Source: a bacterium (GTDB lineage: Bacteria > CAYTYR01 > UBA6262). From it: 64,000 nucleotides of DNA. This document shows positions 1-11,679 of the stretch, piece after piece (the first letter of the stretch is position 1; each line of letters starts with the position of its first letter). The position numbers were made by a program, and so were the translations under genes. Location: contig JAQTPL010000002.1 of assembly GCA_028712895.1 (NCBI GenBank), positions 5,303 to 69,302 of the forward strand, read 5' to 3'. The notes below the pieces were generated by a model that saw only the letters and a list, made by a program, of their open reading frames with translations, had not been told where the DNA came from and made no database searches.

Positions 1-383
1 ACTTTGCTGGTCGTATCGTATAAATAACATTCCAAGAGCAGCTGGCTGTCTTTTTTAATAATAGTCCCTTTCACTACAGCGTCCACTCCCTGTTCTTTCA
101 ATTCGTTATAATCAAGGCTGGAAGACTGCAATTTCTGCTCATCCACCCCATCGGCAATAGTGAAATATCCGGATAAGTTCAGGTCATTTTTAATGATCGT
201 GGCTACCTGGACTCCCAGGTTCTCTTCACCCAAGTCTTCTAATTCGCTAAATGGCGCTACGGCAATATTGATCTTACGGGAGTCAAACTTGGAAATATCG
301 ATCGTGACATCTTTGTTTGCAGCGAATAATAAAGAGACTGAAAGCAGGCCTAATAAAACAACAGATAAAGCCTTTTTACTCAT
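1..383 (-). CDS. tolB: TolB (Tol-Pal periplasmic protein), N-terminal part; gene runs off the left window edge
   Basis: ATG at 383-381 (rc) and signal peptide MSKKALSVVLLGLLSVSLLFA. The motif INIAVAPF...GVDAVVKG...LYD resembles the TolB N-terminal domain. Sits 4 nt downstream of the tolA-like stop. Confidence 0.55.
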   Translation of the reverse strand, partial: MSKKALSVVLLGLLSVSLLFAANKDVTIDISKFDSRKINIAVAPFSELEDLGEENLGVQVATIIKNDLNLSGYFTIADGVDEQKLQSSSLDYNELKEQGVDAVVKGTIIKKDSQLLLECYLYDTTSK

Positions 384-387
384 TATT

Positions 388-1050
388 TTATCCTTCTTTT
401 TTAAATTCAAAGCCAAAATGAACCCCCAGAAAATTACCGCTATATTCTCCCGGCAAGGGCGGGAATGGGCTGGAGAGCAAGACAGCCCGCAACGCTGATT
501 GGTCCAAGAAAGCGATTCCGGAAGATTTTTCTATCTTTTGGTCATATACCTGACCGGTCTTGTCAATCTTAAAAAAAACTACGACTTTCTGGTGTACCGT
601 TCCTTCATAATCAAAATTCCAGTTGGCCGTGACTTTTTTCTGGATAATATTCAGGTAATATAAGAATGGGAAATCATTAACATCAGGCACAATAGCCGTA
701 GACTGGGTCTTAACCGGCGCTGGCTGGGCCGCGGCTTTTTCTTCCGGTTTTGGTGCCGCCACTTTTTCCTTGGGCTTGACGACAATAACCTCTTTTTTTG
801 GTTCAGCCCTTTTTTCCGGTATTTTATTTACTTCTTCGGTTTTCTTTTTTTCCGGTGCAGGTTTAACCGGCTCTGCCGGCTTCACTATTGCTTTCTCTGT
901 AGATGGCAATGATACCAGCTCTACCGGAGCTGATATCCAGTAACGTATGGTTTTACGCTGGAATCTCGGGGCTGTTATTGCAAATAAGACCGCATGAAGG
1001 CAGAGGGAAAATAATAACGCCCGTTTGATGGTAATTTCCGGCGTTATCAT
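388..1050 (-). CDS. tolA: TolA/TonB-family energy transducer (N-terminal TM anchor, Pro/Lys/Glu-rich linker, TonB_C-like C-terminal domain)
   Basis: N-terminal hydrophobic helix, PKPEEKAAAQPAPVK-type linker, and a C-terminal block NWNFDYEGTVHQKVVVFFKIDKTGQV...PFPPLP typical of TonB/TolA C-terminal domains. Lies between cpoB and tolB. Confidence 0.6.
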   Translation of the reverse strand: MITPEITIKRALLFSLCLHAVLFAITAPRFQRKTIRYWISAPVELVSLPSTEKAIVKPAEPVKPAPEKKKTEEVNKIPEKRAEPKKEVIVVKPKEKVAAPKPEEKAAAQPAPVKTQSTAIVPDVNDFPFLYYLNIIQKKVTANWNFDYEGTVHQKVVVFFKIDKTGQVYDQKIEKSSGIAFLDQSALRAVLLSSPFPPLPGEYSGNFLGVHFGFEFKKEG

Positions 1051-1829
1051 TACTCCTGCTCCTTTGCCTTTTCCTTTTCCTGCACCTTTGCCTTTTCCTG
1101 TTTTTTAGGTGTTTGCAAGTCTTTCTTTTTTTCGGCGGCGGCTTTGGCTTCGGCAGAATCAGGGTATTGGGTTATAATTTCATCCAGCAGTTTTAAAGCC
1201 TCTTTTTTCCTATCCGTCAAGGCCATGGCTAAAGCTATTTTCAGTTTAGCCGGAGGGACTTTGATGCTTTGGGGAAAGCCCGAGATCACCTTTTTGAATT
1301 CTTCAATAGACTGGTCATACTTATCTTGGCTGAACAGGCACTCCCCTATCCAGTATTGTGAGCTGTCTGCCAGCACCCCGGCCGGATATTTCTCCAGGTA
1401 TTGCCGAAAACCCATTATGGCCAGGTCAAAATTACCTTTAGTATGGTCAATATACGCAGTCTGATATATCTTTTCTGAAGAAACAGCCACTTCAGCTGCT
1501 GTTCTGTCTTCCAAAGCTTTCAGGCGGGACAGCAGGGACGACTCCAGGTTGTCCAGGCGCAAGCTGACTTTATCAATTTTGTTATTACTTTCATCAATCT
1601 TAGCCTCAACCGCTTGTTGGCTTAGTTCCAGCGCGTCCATCCTGGCCCCGATATCTGCCTGGCCGATCTTGATCTTGGAGGTGGACTTATTCATGCCCTG
1701 CTGCACTCCTCCGACCTGTTCTTGCAGCCCGGCCATATCCTCTTTAAGCGTAGCCATTTCCTCCCTGGTGGCAAAACACCCAGGGAGACACAGCAAGCCG
1801 ATGATACCTAAAATAATTATTCTTTTCAT
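1050..1829 (-). CDS. cpoB: Tol-Pal system protein CpoB/YbgF (lipoprotein signal, coiled coil, C-terminal TPR)
   Basis: Lipobox LCLPGC, a long coiled-coil segment, and a C-terminal TPR-like region (YQTAYIDHTKGNFDLAIMGFRQYLEKYP...). Immediately downstream of pal. The TAATG overlap means it shares one base with the tolA-like start. Confidence 0.65.
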   Translation of the reverse strand: MKRIIILGIIGLLCLPGCFATREEMATLKEDMAGLQEQVGGVQQGMNKSTSKIKIGQADIGARMDALELSQQAVEAKIDESNNKIDKVSLRLDNLESSLLSRLKALEDRTAAEVAVSSEKIYQTAYIDHTKGNFDLAIMGFRQYLEKYPAGVLADSSQYWIGECLFSQDKYDQSIEEFKKVISGFPQSIKVPPAKLKIALAMALTDRKKEALKLLDEIITQYPDSAEAKAAAEKKKDLQTPKKQEKAKVQEKEKAKEQE

Positions 1830-1835
1830 GGTTGC

Positions 1836-2393
1836 CTATTTAACCGCCAATGTAAAATGAGCTCTCCGGTTCTTGGCCCAGGCTCCTTCATTATGTCCCG
1901 GATCGATCGGCCGTTCTTTGCCGTAGCTGATCGTGAAGATACGCCCCGAGTCGATGCCGGCATTGATCAGATACGTACGCACGGCAGAAGCTCTTTTCTG
2001 CCCCAGCGCCAGGTTATATTCAACCGTTCCCCGTTCATCAGCATGTCCTTCTATTTGGACTATGATCTTGGAATTGCTCTTCAATATTTCTACATTTTGG
2101 GCCAATGTACCCAAAGCCGCTTTGGTCAAAGTATATTCGTCAAACCCGAAATAGACATCTTCCAAGGCAACATTGACAATGGCACCAAAATCTAAACCAC
2201 GGGCGCTATTTTCAGGAGGAATAGCTCCTGAATTCACATTGTCGGAGTCTGTTTCTGTATCGTCACCTGACATCGTTGGTCGTGATGTACCGGCCTCATC
2301 AGGGGTACTTCTTACTGCTTTTTTAGTGCATCCACCCAACAAGAATAGCGCTAACACCATAATACAGCCGCTCAATAATAACCTTTTATTCAT
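1836..2393 (-). CDS. pal: Peptidoglycan-associated lipoprotein Pal (OmpA-like domain)
   Basis: Lipobox LLGGC and an OmpA-family C-terminal domain (NVEILKSNSKIIVQIEGHADERGTVEYNLALGQKRASAVRTYL...). Confidence 0.8.
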   Translation of the reverse strand: MNKRLLLSGCIMVLALFLLGGCTKKAVRSTPDEAGTSRPTMSGDDTETDSDNVNSGAIPPENSARGLDFGAIVNVALEDVYFGFDEYTLTKAALGTLAQNVEILKSNSKIIVQIEGHADERGTVEYNLALGQKRASAVRTYLINAGIDSGRIFTISYGKERPIDPGHNEGAWAKNRRAHFTLAVK

Positions 2394-2453
2394 GATTTCC
2401 CTCCTTATTTGTTATATTATACAACCGTCGAATATAAAGTCAAGCTAAATACA

Positions 2454-5243
2454 CTACAGGAAATCTTTCAAATAGTGCCCGGTATATGAACGCTGCTCTT
2501 TAGCTACTTCTTCCGGTGTGCCGGCAGTGATCAGTTGCCCTCCAGCCTCTCCTCCCTCCGGGCCCAGGTCAATTATATAATCAGCAGTTTTGACCACATC
2601 CAGGTTGTGCTCAATGATCAATACCGTATTTCCTTTAGCGGTTAACCGATGCAAAACGTCCAGTAAATTATGGATATCGGCAAAATGCAGCCCGGTAGTC
2701 GGTTCATCGAGAATATAGATGGTTTTCCCGGTACTGCGCCGTCCTAATTCTGCCGCTAATTTGACCCGTTGCGCTTCCCCGCCAGACAAGGTGGTAGCTG
2801 ATTGGCCCAGTTTTATATAGCCCAGCCCGACATCAAAGAGTGATTGCAACGACCGGTGGATCTGGGGTATCATTTGGAAGAAGGACAAAGCTTCTTCTAC
2901 GGTCATAGCTAATACTTCAGCAATAGTTTTTCCTTTAAATTTAATTTCCAGTGTTTCCTGGTTGAATCGCGCTCCCTTGCATTCTTCACACTTAATATAG
3001 ACATTGGGGAGAAATTGCATCTCTATTTTAATAACACCGTCTCCCTGGCAGGTTTCGCATCTCCCACCCTTGACATTAAAGCTGAATCTCCCCGGTTCAT
3101 AGCCCCTGACCCGGGCATCAGGCAACTGGCTGAATAATTCCCTGATCGGGGTGAATACGCCGGTATAGGTAGCGGGGTTAGACCGCGGAGTCCGTCCGAT
3201 CGGGGATTGGTCAACCATGATCACTTTATCGATCAGGTTCAGTCCCTTGATCGCGGTGAATTTACCTGGTTTTTCCTTAGCGCTCCCTAATTTTTGGGCC
3301 AGGGCTTTATAAATAACTTCATTAACCAAGGTGCTTTTCCCTGAACCGCTCACACCGGTTACACAGACAAATAGTCCCAGCGGTATCTTGACCGTGATGT
3401 TTTTCAAATTAAAATGGCTGGCCCCGATTATCTCCAGATATCTGTTCCCCGGGTTCCGTCTTTCCGGAGGAATAGGAATCTTTATTTTGCCGCTTAAATA
3501 TTTACCGGTTGAAGAAGCATCACAGTCTAAAATATCCTGGTACGTACCCTGGCAAACGATACGGCCTCCATGTTCACCGGCTCCTGGGCCCAAGTCAAGA
3601 ATATAATCTGCTCTTCTTATAGTATCTACATCATGTTCCACAATAAGTACCGTATTGCCCAGTTTTTTTAATTCTTCCAGGCTTGTTAACAGGCGCGCTG
3701 TATCACGGGCATGCAAACCGATAGTCGGTTCATCCAGGACATACAATACGCCAACCAGGCCGGAACCGATCTGGGTCGCCAGCTGTATGCGCTGTGCTTC
3801 TCCGCCGGCCAAGGTGCTCGTTTCCCTGGCTAAAGTAATGTAATCCAGGCCGACATCCAATAAAAACTTCAGTCGGGATTTAATTTCCTTTAATATTTGC
3901 AGGCTGATCTTTTGTTCCTTTTCAGTCAAGGACAGGGTATTAAAAAACTCCATGCACTGCTTGATAGATAATAAGACAATATCAGCGATGGATTTGTTCC
4001 CGATCTTTACGCTCAAGGCTTCCTGGCGCAGGCGCGCGCCTTTGCAAACCGGACAAGGATGGGTCATCATATACTTCTGGTATATTTCCTCACGTACAAA
4101 ATCACTTTCTGTCTCTTTATACCGCCGTTGCAGGTTTGTGATCACCCCTTCAAAAGTACCGGCACTGTCACCATACAGGATAATATCCTGTTTTTCCGGT
4201 GAAAGCTTCTTAAAAGGAACTTCCAGGGAGATCCCGTACTTTTTCGAAACCCCCGACAGCAACTCAAAATACCAGTTGTTCCAAGCCCCTTTCCAGCGGT
4301 GCCGCTTGGTGGTGATCGGCTGGCTCCAGGGAACCAAAGCCCCGTCATAGATAGATAAATTCCGGTCAGGGACCACCAGGTCGGGATCCACTTCGATCTT
4401 ATGCCCTAACCCGGTACACTCCGGACAAGCGCCATGCGGCGCGTTGAAAGAGAAAAACCGCGGCGATATTTCCGGCAGGCTAATACCGCATTTCTGGCAG
4501 GCATGATGTTCGCTATAAACCATATCTTGCCCGGATATATTGACCACGACCATACCCTGCCCAAGTTTCAGCGCTGTTTCCACTGAATCCGCGATCCTGC
4601 TTTTTGATCCCTGGGATACTTCGATCCGGTCCAGCAATACCAGGATATCATGTTTCTTATGCTTATCCAGTTTGATGTCTTCTTCCAGGGCATACTGCTT
4701 ACCATCGATCCGGATCTTGAGATATCCTTCTTTACGTACCCGCTCAAATAAATCCCGGTACTCTCCCTTTCTTCCTTGTACCAGGGGAGCCAGGATCTGG
4801 ACTTTAGTGCCATAGGGTAGCTTGTTGATCTGAGTGATGATTTGCTGGGCGGTTTGCGGTTGTATCGGTGCGCCGCATTTTGGGCAGAAGGGTTTTCCGA
4901 TGCGGGCAAACAGCAGACGCATATAATCATAGATCTCGGTGGTAGTCCCTACCGTGGATCGCGGATTGTGCGACATGGCTTTTTGCTGGATCGCTATCGC
5001 CGGGGACAAACCTTCAATATAGTCGATATCCGGTTTATCCATTTGCTCCAGGAACTGGCGGGCATAAGCGCTTAATGATTCCACATAACGCCTCTGTCCC
5101 TCGGCATAGATAGTATCAAAGGCCAGTGATGATTTGCCTGAACCAGACATCCCGGTGATCACAACCATCTGGTTACGGGGTATTTCCACGTCTATATTTT
5201 TTAAGTTGTGCTCTCTGGCACCTTTAATGATTATCTTATCCAT
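2454..5243 (-). CDS. uvrA: Excinuclease ABC subunit A
   Basis: 929 aa. The N-terminus [65 protein letters not shown] is canonical UvrA. Two ABC ATPase modules and zinc-finger Cys pairs are present. Confidence 0.97.
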   Translation of the reverse strand: MDKIIIKGAREHNLKNIDVEIPRNQMVVITGMSGSGKSSLAFDTIYAEGQRRYVESLSAYARQFLEQMDKPDIDYIEGLSPAIAIQQKAMSHNPRSTVGTTTEIYDYMRLLFARIGKPFCPKCGAPIQPQTAQQIITQINKLPYGTKVQILAPLVQGRKGEYRDLFERVRKEGYLKIRIDGKQYALEEDIKLDKHKKHDILVLLDRIEVSQGSKSRIADSVETALKLGQGMVVVNISGQDMVYSEHHACQKCGISLPEISPRFFSFNAPHGACPECTGLGHKIEVDPDLVVPDRNLSIYDGALVPWSQPITTKRHRWKGAWNNWYFELLSGVSKKYGISLEVPFKKLSPEKQDIILYGDSAGTFEGVITNLQRRYKETESDFVREEIYQKYMMTHPCPVCKGARLRQEALSVKIGNKSIADIVLLSIKQCMEFFNTLSLTEKEQKISLQILKEIKSRLKFLLDVGLDYITLARETSTLAGGEAQRIQLATQIGSGLVGVLYVLDEPTIGLHARDTARLLTSLEELKKLGNTVLIVEHDVDTIRRADYILDLGPGAGEHGGRIVCQGTYQDILDCDASSTGKYLSGKIKIPIPPERRNPGNRYLEIIGASHFNLKNITVKIPLGLFVCVTGVSGSGKSTLVNEVIYKALAQKLGSAKEKPGKFTAIKGLNLIDKVIMVDQSPIGRTPRSNPATYTGVFTPIRELFSQLPDARVRGYEPGRFSFNVKGGRCETCQGDGVIKIEMQFLPNVYIKCEECKGARFNQETLEIKFKGKTIAEVLAMTVEEALSFFQMIPQIHRSLQSLFDVGLGYIKLGQSATTLSGGEAQRVKLAAELGRRSTGKTIYILDEPTTGLHFADIHNLLDVLHRLTAKGNTVLIIEHNLDVVKTADYIIDLGPEGGEAGGQLITAGTPEEVAKEQRSYTGHYLKDFL

Positions 5244-5265
5244 ATACCTTCCCTAAAAACAAATA

Positions 5266-5290
5266 AAGTCCTCTACAAGTGCTAGGACTT
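5266..5290 (-). terminator. Rho-independent terminator downstream of the tandem-receiver gene
   Basis: Stem aagtcct / aggactt (7 bp) with an 11 nt loop. On the minus-strand RNA it is followed by UAUUUGUUUUU. Confidence 0.6.
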
Positions 5291-5317
5291 CGCTTTGTGC
5301 GATAGTAGATGTTATGC

Positions 5318-6097
5318 TTAAGGTTTGCCGATCAATTCTTCTATTTTTTTCAGTAGCACTTCTGGTTCAAAAGGTTTGGTCATATAGGCATTTGCTCCCA
5401 ATTGCTGTCCGAGGTTCTTGGATTCATCAGCACTGCGGGCCGTCAGCATTATGATCGGGATGGCCTTATACTTATTGTCAAATTTCAGCATCCGGCATAC
5501 TTTAAACCCGTCTATTACCGGCAGTACCAAATCTAAAAGGATCAAATTTGGGACTACTTGATGGACCAGTTCTAAGCCGGCTTTCCCGTCATGAGCCATA
5601 AAGACATTATAGCCATTGGCTTCCAGCCTGATCTTTAACATCCTGGCAATAGGCACTTCATCATCAACGACCACGATCTTTTTGCGGTTATCAGTCTCCG
5701 GCGGCACCTGGCTGGCCTGGGACTCAGTCAGTAATTGCTCGGTCATATATACAATAATATCCGCTGCCGCTGGTTTTTTTGCATACTTAGTAATTCCCAG
5801 CTCCTGCGCCTCAAGTAAAGCATCCTTCTCATTATCATCGGATAATATCAGGATCGGCCAGTTTTTGGTGCGTTCAGTTGTTTTTAACTTGCGGATCACT
5901 TCCACCATGCTGACGATAAGAATTTTATCATCTAGCACTACCGCATCAAAAGTACGTTCAGCGGTCATGACTTCATACAATCCCCGCTTGCCATCACCGC
6001 TCAGGGCCACTTCAAAATTATGCCCGATGAACTTATTTTTAAGTTCTTCTCCCAGGTCATAATTGTCAGTTATAATTAAAACACTTTTGCCGGCCAT
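5318..6097 (-). CDS. Response regulator with two tandem receiver (REC) domains and no output domain
   Basis: The second half ([25 protein letters not shown]...LLDLVLPVIDGF...TKPFEPEVLLKKIE) is a canonical CheY-like REC. The first half is REC-like with an altered acidic pocket (IITDNYD). Confidence 0.8.
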   Translation of the reverse strand: MAGKSVLIITDNYDLGEELKNKFIGHNFEVALSGDGKRGLYEVMTAERTFDAVVLDDKILIVSMVEVIRKLKTTERTKNWPILILSDDNEKDALLEAQELGITKYAKKPAAADIIVYMTEQLLTESQASQVPPETDNRKKIVVVDDEVPIARMLKIRLEANGYNVFMAHDGKAGLELVHQVVPNLILLDLVLPVIDGFKVCRMLKFDNKYKAIPIIMLTARSADESKNLGQQLGANAYMTKPFEPEVLLKKIEELIGKP

Positions 6098-6185
6098 ATT
6101 TATCCTCAGCGGATAGCGGGTAGCGTTAAGCGTATAGAAAAATCTACAAACTTTACGCTATACACTATATGCTATATGCTAATTA

Positions 6186-6551
6186 CTATTTTAGCAATTT
6201 TTTAATCTTTTCCATTAATACTAACGGCTCAAAAGGTTTAGGCATATAATCATCCGCTCCGGCTATCGCCCCAAGATCAGTGGCTTTTTCCTCTGCCTTT
6301 ACCGACAACATAATAACCGGCGTACTTTTTAATGCCGGGTCTTCCTTCAGCTTGCGGCATACCTCGAATCCATCCATTTTCGGCATCATCACATCCAAAA
6401 TGATCAAGTCAGGTTTATACTGCTGGGCTTTGGCTAATCCCTCTACTCCGTCGTGGGCAGTATCTGCCTCATAACCAAAGGATTCCATGCGTATCTTCAG
6501 CATCCTGGCGATCTGTTTTTCATCATCAACGATAAGTATCTTCTTTTTCAT
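6186..6551 (-). CDS. Single-domain response regulator (CheY-like receiver)
   Basis: 121 aa: [19 protein letters not shown]...[13 protein letters not shown]...MPKPFEP. The ATGA overlap shares 4 nt with the upstream histidine kinase. Confidence 0.9.
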   Translation of the reverse strand: MKKKILIVDDEKQIARMLKIRMESFGYEADTAHDGVEGLAKAQQYKPDLIILDVMMPKMDGFEVCRKLKEDPALKSTPVIMLSVKAEEKATDLGAIAGADDYMPKPFEPLVLMEKIKKLLK

Positions 6552-7987
6552 AGAGGCCGGTCCTGAAAATTATTATGAGCGAACTCCAGCAATTCTTTTG
6601 GTTTATCACTATTATCCGGAAAGGTGGCTTTGCCAATCTTGAACCAGGGTTTCTTATCCTTTACCCGGAATTCTATCTTAGCCAGTGATTCGATGATCCT
6701 GCGCTCTACCGCTTTGACGCCTTCCACATTCGCCTCCGGCAAAACAAGGATCACTTCTTCGCCTTCAATGACCACTTTATCATAAGGCTTGCGCACAGTA
6801 TGGCTGATGACCTGTTCCAGTTTTTTCAGCTCCATCTCTATTTCAAAGCCAGCCAGTTCCTTGAAATTATCAACCCGCATCACCATCACTGAAAACTTGG
6901 ATTGGTAAATAAAAGCGGTCTTGATCGTTTCTTCCAGCACCAGCGTCAGGTAGTTTTTATGCTGGCGTTCTTCCAGGAACAGCTCGTCTTCCGGCTTGAT
7001 CTTGATCTCAGATTCTTTCTGGCCGGCATAACGGGGCAAGGTAAAGATAAATTTACTGCCTTTGCCTAATTCACTTTGCACCGCGATCTTCCCACCATGG
7101 GCTTCAACCAGGCTCTTGGCAATGGACAAGCCTAAACCGCTGCCGCCGCTCTGCCTGGTAAGATGGGATCCGATCTGGTAGAATTTTTCAAAGATCCTGT
7201 CCACCTCATCCTTAGGGATACCTAAACCCGTATCTGCTACGCTAATTTCCACAAACTCATGAGCCGGGTCAGATTCGCTTATTAATAATTTATCACTTGC
7301 AGCAACTGTGATCCTGCCGCCTTCACTGGTGAATTTCAGGGCATTATCTATAAGGTTGGTCACCACCTGGGTTATTTTATCCGTATCGCCAAATACTTTT
7401 GGCAGCTCCCGGGAAATACTAAATTCCAGCGAAATCTTTTTCTCCTGCACCGTGCCTCTGTATCCATCTCTCAGGTTTTCCAGCAGCTTATTGATATCAA
7501 CTTCCCGCTTAGCCAGCCGCAGGCGACCTGCTTCTATACGGCTGACATCCAGCAGGTCACTGATCAGCCGTCCCAAGCGGTTGGCCCCATCCAGGGCCAT
7601 ATTCAGGCATTCTTTTTGCATATCATTCGTTGGCCCGGCGGTGCCATCCAGGTTTAGCCTGATGCCTTCCTTAATAATGGTCAGAGGCGTACGCAATTCA
7701 TGACTGACCATGGAAACAAATTCACTTTTAGTCTGGTTCAAGCGACGCAATTCATTCGTTTGCTGGTTAAGCCGTTCATAGGCAAAACTTAATTCATCAT
7801 TGGCCGCCAACAATTCAGACTGGGCAGCCTGCAACTCTTGCTGGCTGACTGTCAATTCCTTGTTCTTTATCTCACACAATGTATCGCTTTGGCGCTTACC
7901 CCAATAACCGATAGCCAACAATATTACTACTGCCAGCAGCAGGAGCACGAAAACGATCAATAAATAAACATTTACCGGTACATTCAC
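6548..7987 (-). CDS. Sensor histidine kinase (TM, coiled coil, HisKA, HATPase_c) with a C-terminal degenerate GGDEF-like domain
   Basis: HisKA H-box SHELRTPL and an HATPase_c G-box ([16 protein letters not shown]). The C-terminal 160 aa resembles a GGDEF fold ([13 protein letters not shown] ... [26 protein letters not shown]), but the GG(D/E)EF signature is replaced by IEGEE. Confidence 0.8.
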   Translation of the reverse strand: MNVPVNVYLLIVFVLLLLAVVILLAIGYWGKRQSDTLCEIKNKELTVSQQELQAAQSELLAANDELSFAYERLNQQTNELRRLNQTKSEFVSMVSHELRTPLTIIKEGIRLNLDGTAGPTNDMQKECLNMALDGANRLGRLISDLLDVSRIEAGRLRLAKREVDINKLLENLRDGYRGTVQEKKISLEFSISRELPKVFGDTDKITQVVTNLIDNALKFTSEGGRITVAASDKLLISESDPAHEFVEISVADTGLGIPKDEVDRIFEKFYQIGSHLTRQSGGSGLGLSIAKSLVEAHGGKIAVQSELGKGSKFIFTLPRYAGQKESEIKIKPEDELFLEERQHKNYLTLVLEETIKTAFIYQSKFSVMVMRVDNFKELAGFEIEMELKKLEQVISHTVRKPYDKVVIEGEEVILVLPEANVEGVKAVERRIIESLAKIEFRVKDKKPWFKIGKATFPDNSDKPKELLEFAHNNFQDRPL

Positions 7988-8103
7988 TTACCACTCCCAT
8001 GAAGCTTAAAAATCAAAACTTCAATATTAAAACCACAAACTAATGGTTCGCCTTCGCTCACCATCCTGAGCTTGTCGATTGGAATCCAGAGTATGTTCAG
8101 GAA

Positions 8104-9732
8104 TTACCTTAATTTTGATTTCCTATATTTGGTTTTTGATATTTCTTCAACAGTATCTTTTTGCCATTGTAAATCATTTCTCTGGGGATAGTCAATAGTA
8201 TAATGCAAGCCACGGCTCTCCTTGCGCTTAATAGCTGATTTAATGATAATTTCCGCAACAGTGGCAATGTTACGCAATTCCAGCAGGTCACTGGTAATGA
8301 TAAAATTCCAATAGTACTCGGCGATCTCTTTTTGCAGCATCTCGATCCGGCGTTTAGCCCGGGCCAGGCGTTTTTCTGAACGAACGATGCCGACATAGTT
8401 CCACATCAGCCGCCTAATCTCATCCCAGTTATGCGCAACCATGATCGATTCGTCACTTTCCACTGCCTTGCCGCTGTCCCAAGGCTTGACCGGAGGGAAA
8501 GAAACTTTTCTCCGCACATCCAGGATAGCATCCTGCGAAGCATTATGCGCATACACCATAGCTTCCAGCAATGAATTGCTGGCTAAGCGGTTAGCGCCAT
8601 GCAAACCAGTATGCGCCACTTCCCCGATGGCGTAAAGCCGGTTAATCGTTGTTTGGCCGTTCACATCAGTCATAATGCCGCCGCACATATAATGAGCCGC
8701 CGGAGCTACCGGAATCGGCTGTTTGGTCATATCCATACCAAAGGACTGGCATTTCTTATAAATATTAGGGAATCTCTTTTTAACATATGCTGCCGGCTTA
8801 TGGGTAATGTCCAGATACACGCACTCAGCCCCGGTCCTTTTCAGTTCCGCATCGATCGCCCTGGCCACTACATCCCGCGGTGCCAGGTCTTTCAACGGAT
8901 GATATTTTTTCATAAAAGCAGTGCCGTCTTTCAGCCGCAAAATCCCGCCCTCACCACGCACTGATTCACTCACCAGGAATGATTTTGCCTGCGGATGATA
9001 TAAACAAGTCGGATGGAATTGGATAAACTCCATATTGGCGATCTTGGCCCCCGCGCGATAGGCCATGGCCACACCATCGCCTGTTGCGGTATCAGGATTG
9101 CTCGTGAGCAGGTACACTTTCCCTGCACCGCCGGTAGCCAGCACTGTTACTTTAGATAGGAACGTAATTACTGCTCTCTTGCCGATATCCAGGACATAGG
9201 CACCCCAACATGTATGGTCATCACTATTTTTAATTAGGTTAATGGCTATCTGGTCTTCAAAGATACTGATATTCTTTTCCCGTTTGACCCGGGCCAGTAG
9301 TTTTTCTTCGATCTCTCGTCCGGTCAAATCCTGGGCATGGACAATGCGCCGCTTGGAATGGCCACCTTCCCGGGTCAGGTCCAGATACTCTTCATCCTTA
9401 TCCCAGCGGGAAAATTTGACGCCATAGTTTAATAATTCCCGGATGCGCGCCGGAGCACTTTTAACAACCATAGCCACGACATCTGGATGACACAGCCCAT
9501 CCCCGGCGATCAAAGTATCTTTTATATGCATCTGAAACGAGTCTTCACTGCTTAATACCGCCGCAATTCCACCCTGGGCATAAAACGTGGAAGATTCAGT
9601 GGCCTGTTTTTTGGTAATAATGGCTACCGTGCCATAGGGAGCCACTTTCAGGGCGAACGAAAGCCCCGCCACCCCGCTGCCAATGACCAGAAAATCAAAC
9701 TGTACTTGTTTATGGATTAGTTTTTTACTCAT
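8104..9732 (-). CDS. nadB: L-aspartate oxidase
   Basis: FAD-binding N-terminus [16 protein letters not shown] and a fumarate-reductase/succinate-dehydrogenase flavoprotein-like fold throughout. The 4-nt overlap with panC suggests co-transcription. Confidence 0.85.
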   Translation of the reverse strand: MSKKLIHKQVQFDFLVIGSGVAGLSFALKVAPYGTVAIITKKQATESSTFYAQGGIAAVLSSEDSFQMHIKDTLIAGDGLCHPDVVAMVVKSAPARIRELLNYGVKFSRWDKDEEYLDLTREGGHSKRRIVHAQDLTGREIEEKLLARVKREKNISIFEDQIAINLIKNSDDHTCWGAYVLDIGKRAVITFLSKVTVLATGGAGKVYLLTSNPDTATGDGVAMAYRAGAKIANMEFIQFHPTCLYHPQAKSFLVSESVRGEGGILRLKDGTAFMKKYHPLKDLAPRDVVARAIDAELKRTGAECVYLDITHKPAAYVKKRFPNIYKKCQSFGMDMTKQPIPVAPAAHYMCGGIMTDVNGQTTINRLYAIGEVAHTGLHGANRLASNSLLEAMVYAHNASQDAILDVRRKVSFPPVKPWDSGKAVESDESIMVAHNWDEIRRLMWNYVGIVRSEKRLARAKRRIEMLQKEIAEYYWNFIITSDLLELRNIATVAEIIIKSAIKRKESRGLHYTIDYPQRNDLQWQKDTVEEISKTKYRKSKLR

Positions 9733-10571
9733 CCTATCACCATATTATCGATCAATCGTGTTTTACCGATGTAAACAGCCAAAGCGATCACAACTTTCCC
9801 TTTAATCATTTTTGCTGGTTCAAGAGTTTCCGCATCCACAATCTCAATATAATCAACTTTAGCTAACAAATTACTTTCAATAATATTTCTAACCTCTTTT
9901 TTGATCTTAGCCGTCTCTTTTATCTTGCTCTTAATCATTGCTTTTGCGACTTTCAGCGCTTCATATAAACAAGCCGCTGACTTTCTTTCCTCAGCGTTCA
10001 AATACTGGTTACGAGAGCTCATAGCCAGGCCATCTTGTTCCCGGATGATCGGGCAGATGACAACTTGCACCGCTATATTTAAATCTTTCACCATCTGCTG
10101 AATGACTCGCGCTTGCTGGTAATCTTTCTGCCCGAAATAGGCTTTATCTGCCGGCACTGCGTTAAATAATTTGTTTACAACCGTGGCTACGCCGCGGAAA
10201 TGCCCTGGACGCGACGCCCCGCACAATCCCTGGGTTATTTTGCCCACTTCCACAAATGTCTGATATCCTGCCGGGTACATTTCATCGGCACTGGGATTGA
10301 AGATCACACTTGCTCCGGCACTCTTTGCCAGACGCACATCTTTCGCCAACGGCCTGGGATATTTTTTAAAGTCCTCTTGCGGCCCGAATTGGGTAGGATT
10401 CACAAAAATGCTCACTGCCACTATATCGTTTTCTTTCTTGGCCTGGCGGATCAGGCTGAGATGCCCCTCATGCAAGGCCCCCATCGTTGGGATGAATCCA
10501 ATGGTTCTGCCAGCTTTACGCTGCCTTTTCACATATTCCTGCATCAATTTTATTTTACGAATAATTTTCAT
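9729..10571 (-). CDS. panC: Pantoate--beta-alanine ligase
   Basis: [21 protein letters not shown]-type motif and PanC-like length (280 aa). Confidence 0.9.
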   Translation of the reverse strand: MKIIRKIKLMQEYVKRQRKAGRTIGFIPTMGALHEGHLSLIRQAKKENDIVAVSIFVNPTQFGPQEDFKKYPRPLAKDVRLAKSAGASVIFNPSADEMYPAGYQTFVEVGKITQGLCGASRPGHFRGVATVVNKLFNAVPADKAYFGQKDYQQARVIQQMVKDLNIAVQVVICPIIREQDGLAMSSRNQYLNAEERKSAACLYEALKVAKAMIKSKIKETAKIKKEVRNIIESNLLAKVDYIEIVDAETLEPAKMIKGKVVIALAVYIGKTRLIDNMVIG

Positions 10572-10785
10572 TTAACAAAACATTCCTTTTTTAAGTACCT
10601 CGGGGAACTGTTAATATTTTTGAGCGGCATTGTCGATTTTAGCCAATCCTCCAAAAAGATCGGCGGATCAGCCTGCGGCTGAAGCAATCTTTGTGCAATT
10701 AAAGACCTCTGGCAAGCGCGACCATAGGGAGTCCGCCAGTCTCTTTGGCGGAAACAAAAATAACCAGTTACCCGAGGAATAATCC

Positions 10786-11679
10786 TTATTTTAGGTATTT
10801 GTCAAAAAAGGTCATGACCTTTCTCTCATATTCCCTCGGCCACAACCCACGCGCCTCCAGGTGATCCGCCTCCGGCGCTATCCACAACTGCTTTGGTTCG
10901 CCTGCCGCTTTAAACAAATCATCCTGGTTCACCGGCGGTATCCGTACATCATTGGCTCCGCCGATAATAAAGACCGCCCGCGGCGAGATCTTCCCGATAT
11001 ATTTTGTGGCATCAGCTTTTTTGGCGTTAAAGCCTGCCCGCAGTTCTGCAAACCATATAGCCGGCGGTACGAACGGATATTTGGGCAGGTTATAAAACAA
11101 TTTGGCAAATCTGGTAACTGTTTTTTCAAAAGAAGCAAAACCGCTGTCTGCCACAATAGCTTTGATCCGCTGGTCATTAGCGGCCCCGATAATAGCTACA
11201 TTAGCTCCCATGGAGCAGCCCAGCACACCGATCTTATTCTGGTCAATATCCTTCCGGGTCATCAAGTAATTCACCGCGCCAGACAAGTCCCTGGTCTCAT
11301 TATAGCCCAGGGTGCATTTCCCCTTGGTCTGTCCATGTCCGCGAAAATCAAAAACCAGGACATTATAATCATGATGGTGCAGCATTTCCGCGAAATTCAG
11401 GATATCGCTTTTATTGGTGCCATAGCCATGCAAAACAATGACCGTAGGTTTTGTTTTCTGGCCAGGGATAAAAAAACCAATGGTTTGGATGCCATCGGTA
11501 GAAGAAAAGGTCACGTCTTCATAGGACATATTCAATTCTGAAGGCTTAGTGTCCAGGTCATACCGTGGCGGGGTCAGGATCAATCGTGACGCTCCCCACC
11601 CCCAGATTATCGTCAAAACAACGATAATCACTACTATAGAAGTCCAAACATTAACGTGTATATTAAAATAGTTAGTCAT
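10786..11679 (-). CDS. Membrane-anchored alpha/beta-fold hydrolase
   Basis: N-terminal TM helix, HGYGTNKSD, and nucleophile elbow GCSMGA. Confidence 0.7.
   Translation of the reverse strand: MTNYFNIHVNVWTSIVVIIVVLTIIWGWGASRLILTPPRYDLDTKPSELNMSYEDVTFSSTDGIQTIGFFIPGQKTKPTVIVLHGYGTNKSDILNFAEMLHHHDYNVLVFDFRGHGQTKGKCTLGYNETRDLSGAVNYLMTRKDIDQNKIGVLGCSMGANVAIIGAANDQRIKAIVADSGFASFEKTVTRFAKLFYNLPKYPFVPPAIWFAELRAGFNAKKADATKYIGKISPRAVFIIGGANDVRIPPVNQDDLFKAAGEPKQLWIAPEADHLEARGLWPREYERKVMTFFDKYLK

Noticed and set aside
160-498. Plus-strand 112 aa ORF
   Set aside because: It is antisense to the tolB start and tolA-like end, with no motif. The minus-strand genes have a signal peptide and domain matches.
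8109-8396. 95 aa minus-strand ORF nested in nadB, and other small antisense or nested ORFs inside uvrA, panC, argH, hcp and the MEDS kinase
   Set aside because: They are nested in or antisense to well-supported conserved genes. They have no start context and odd composition.
10735-10760. Hairpin ccgccag...ctggcgg downstream of the hydrolase gene, considered as a terminator
   Set aside because: The U-rich run precedes rather than follows the stem on the minus-strand RNA.
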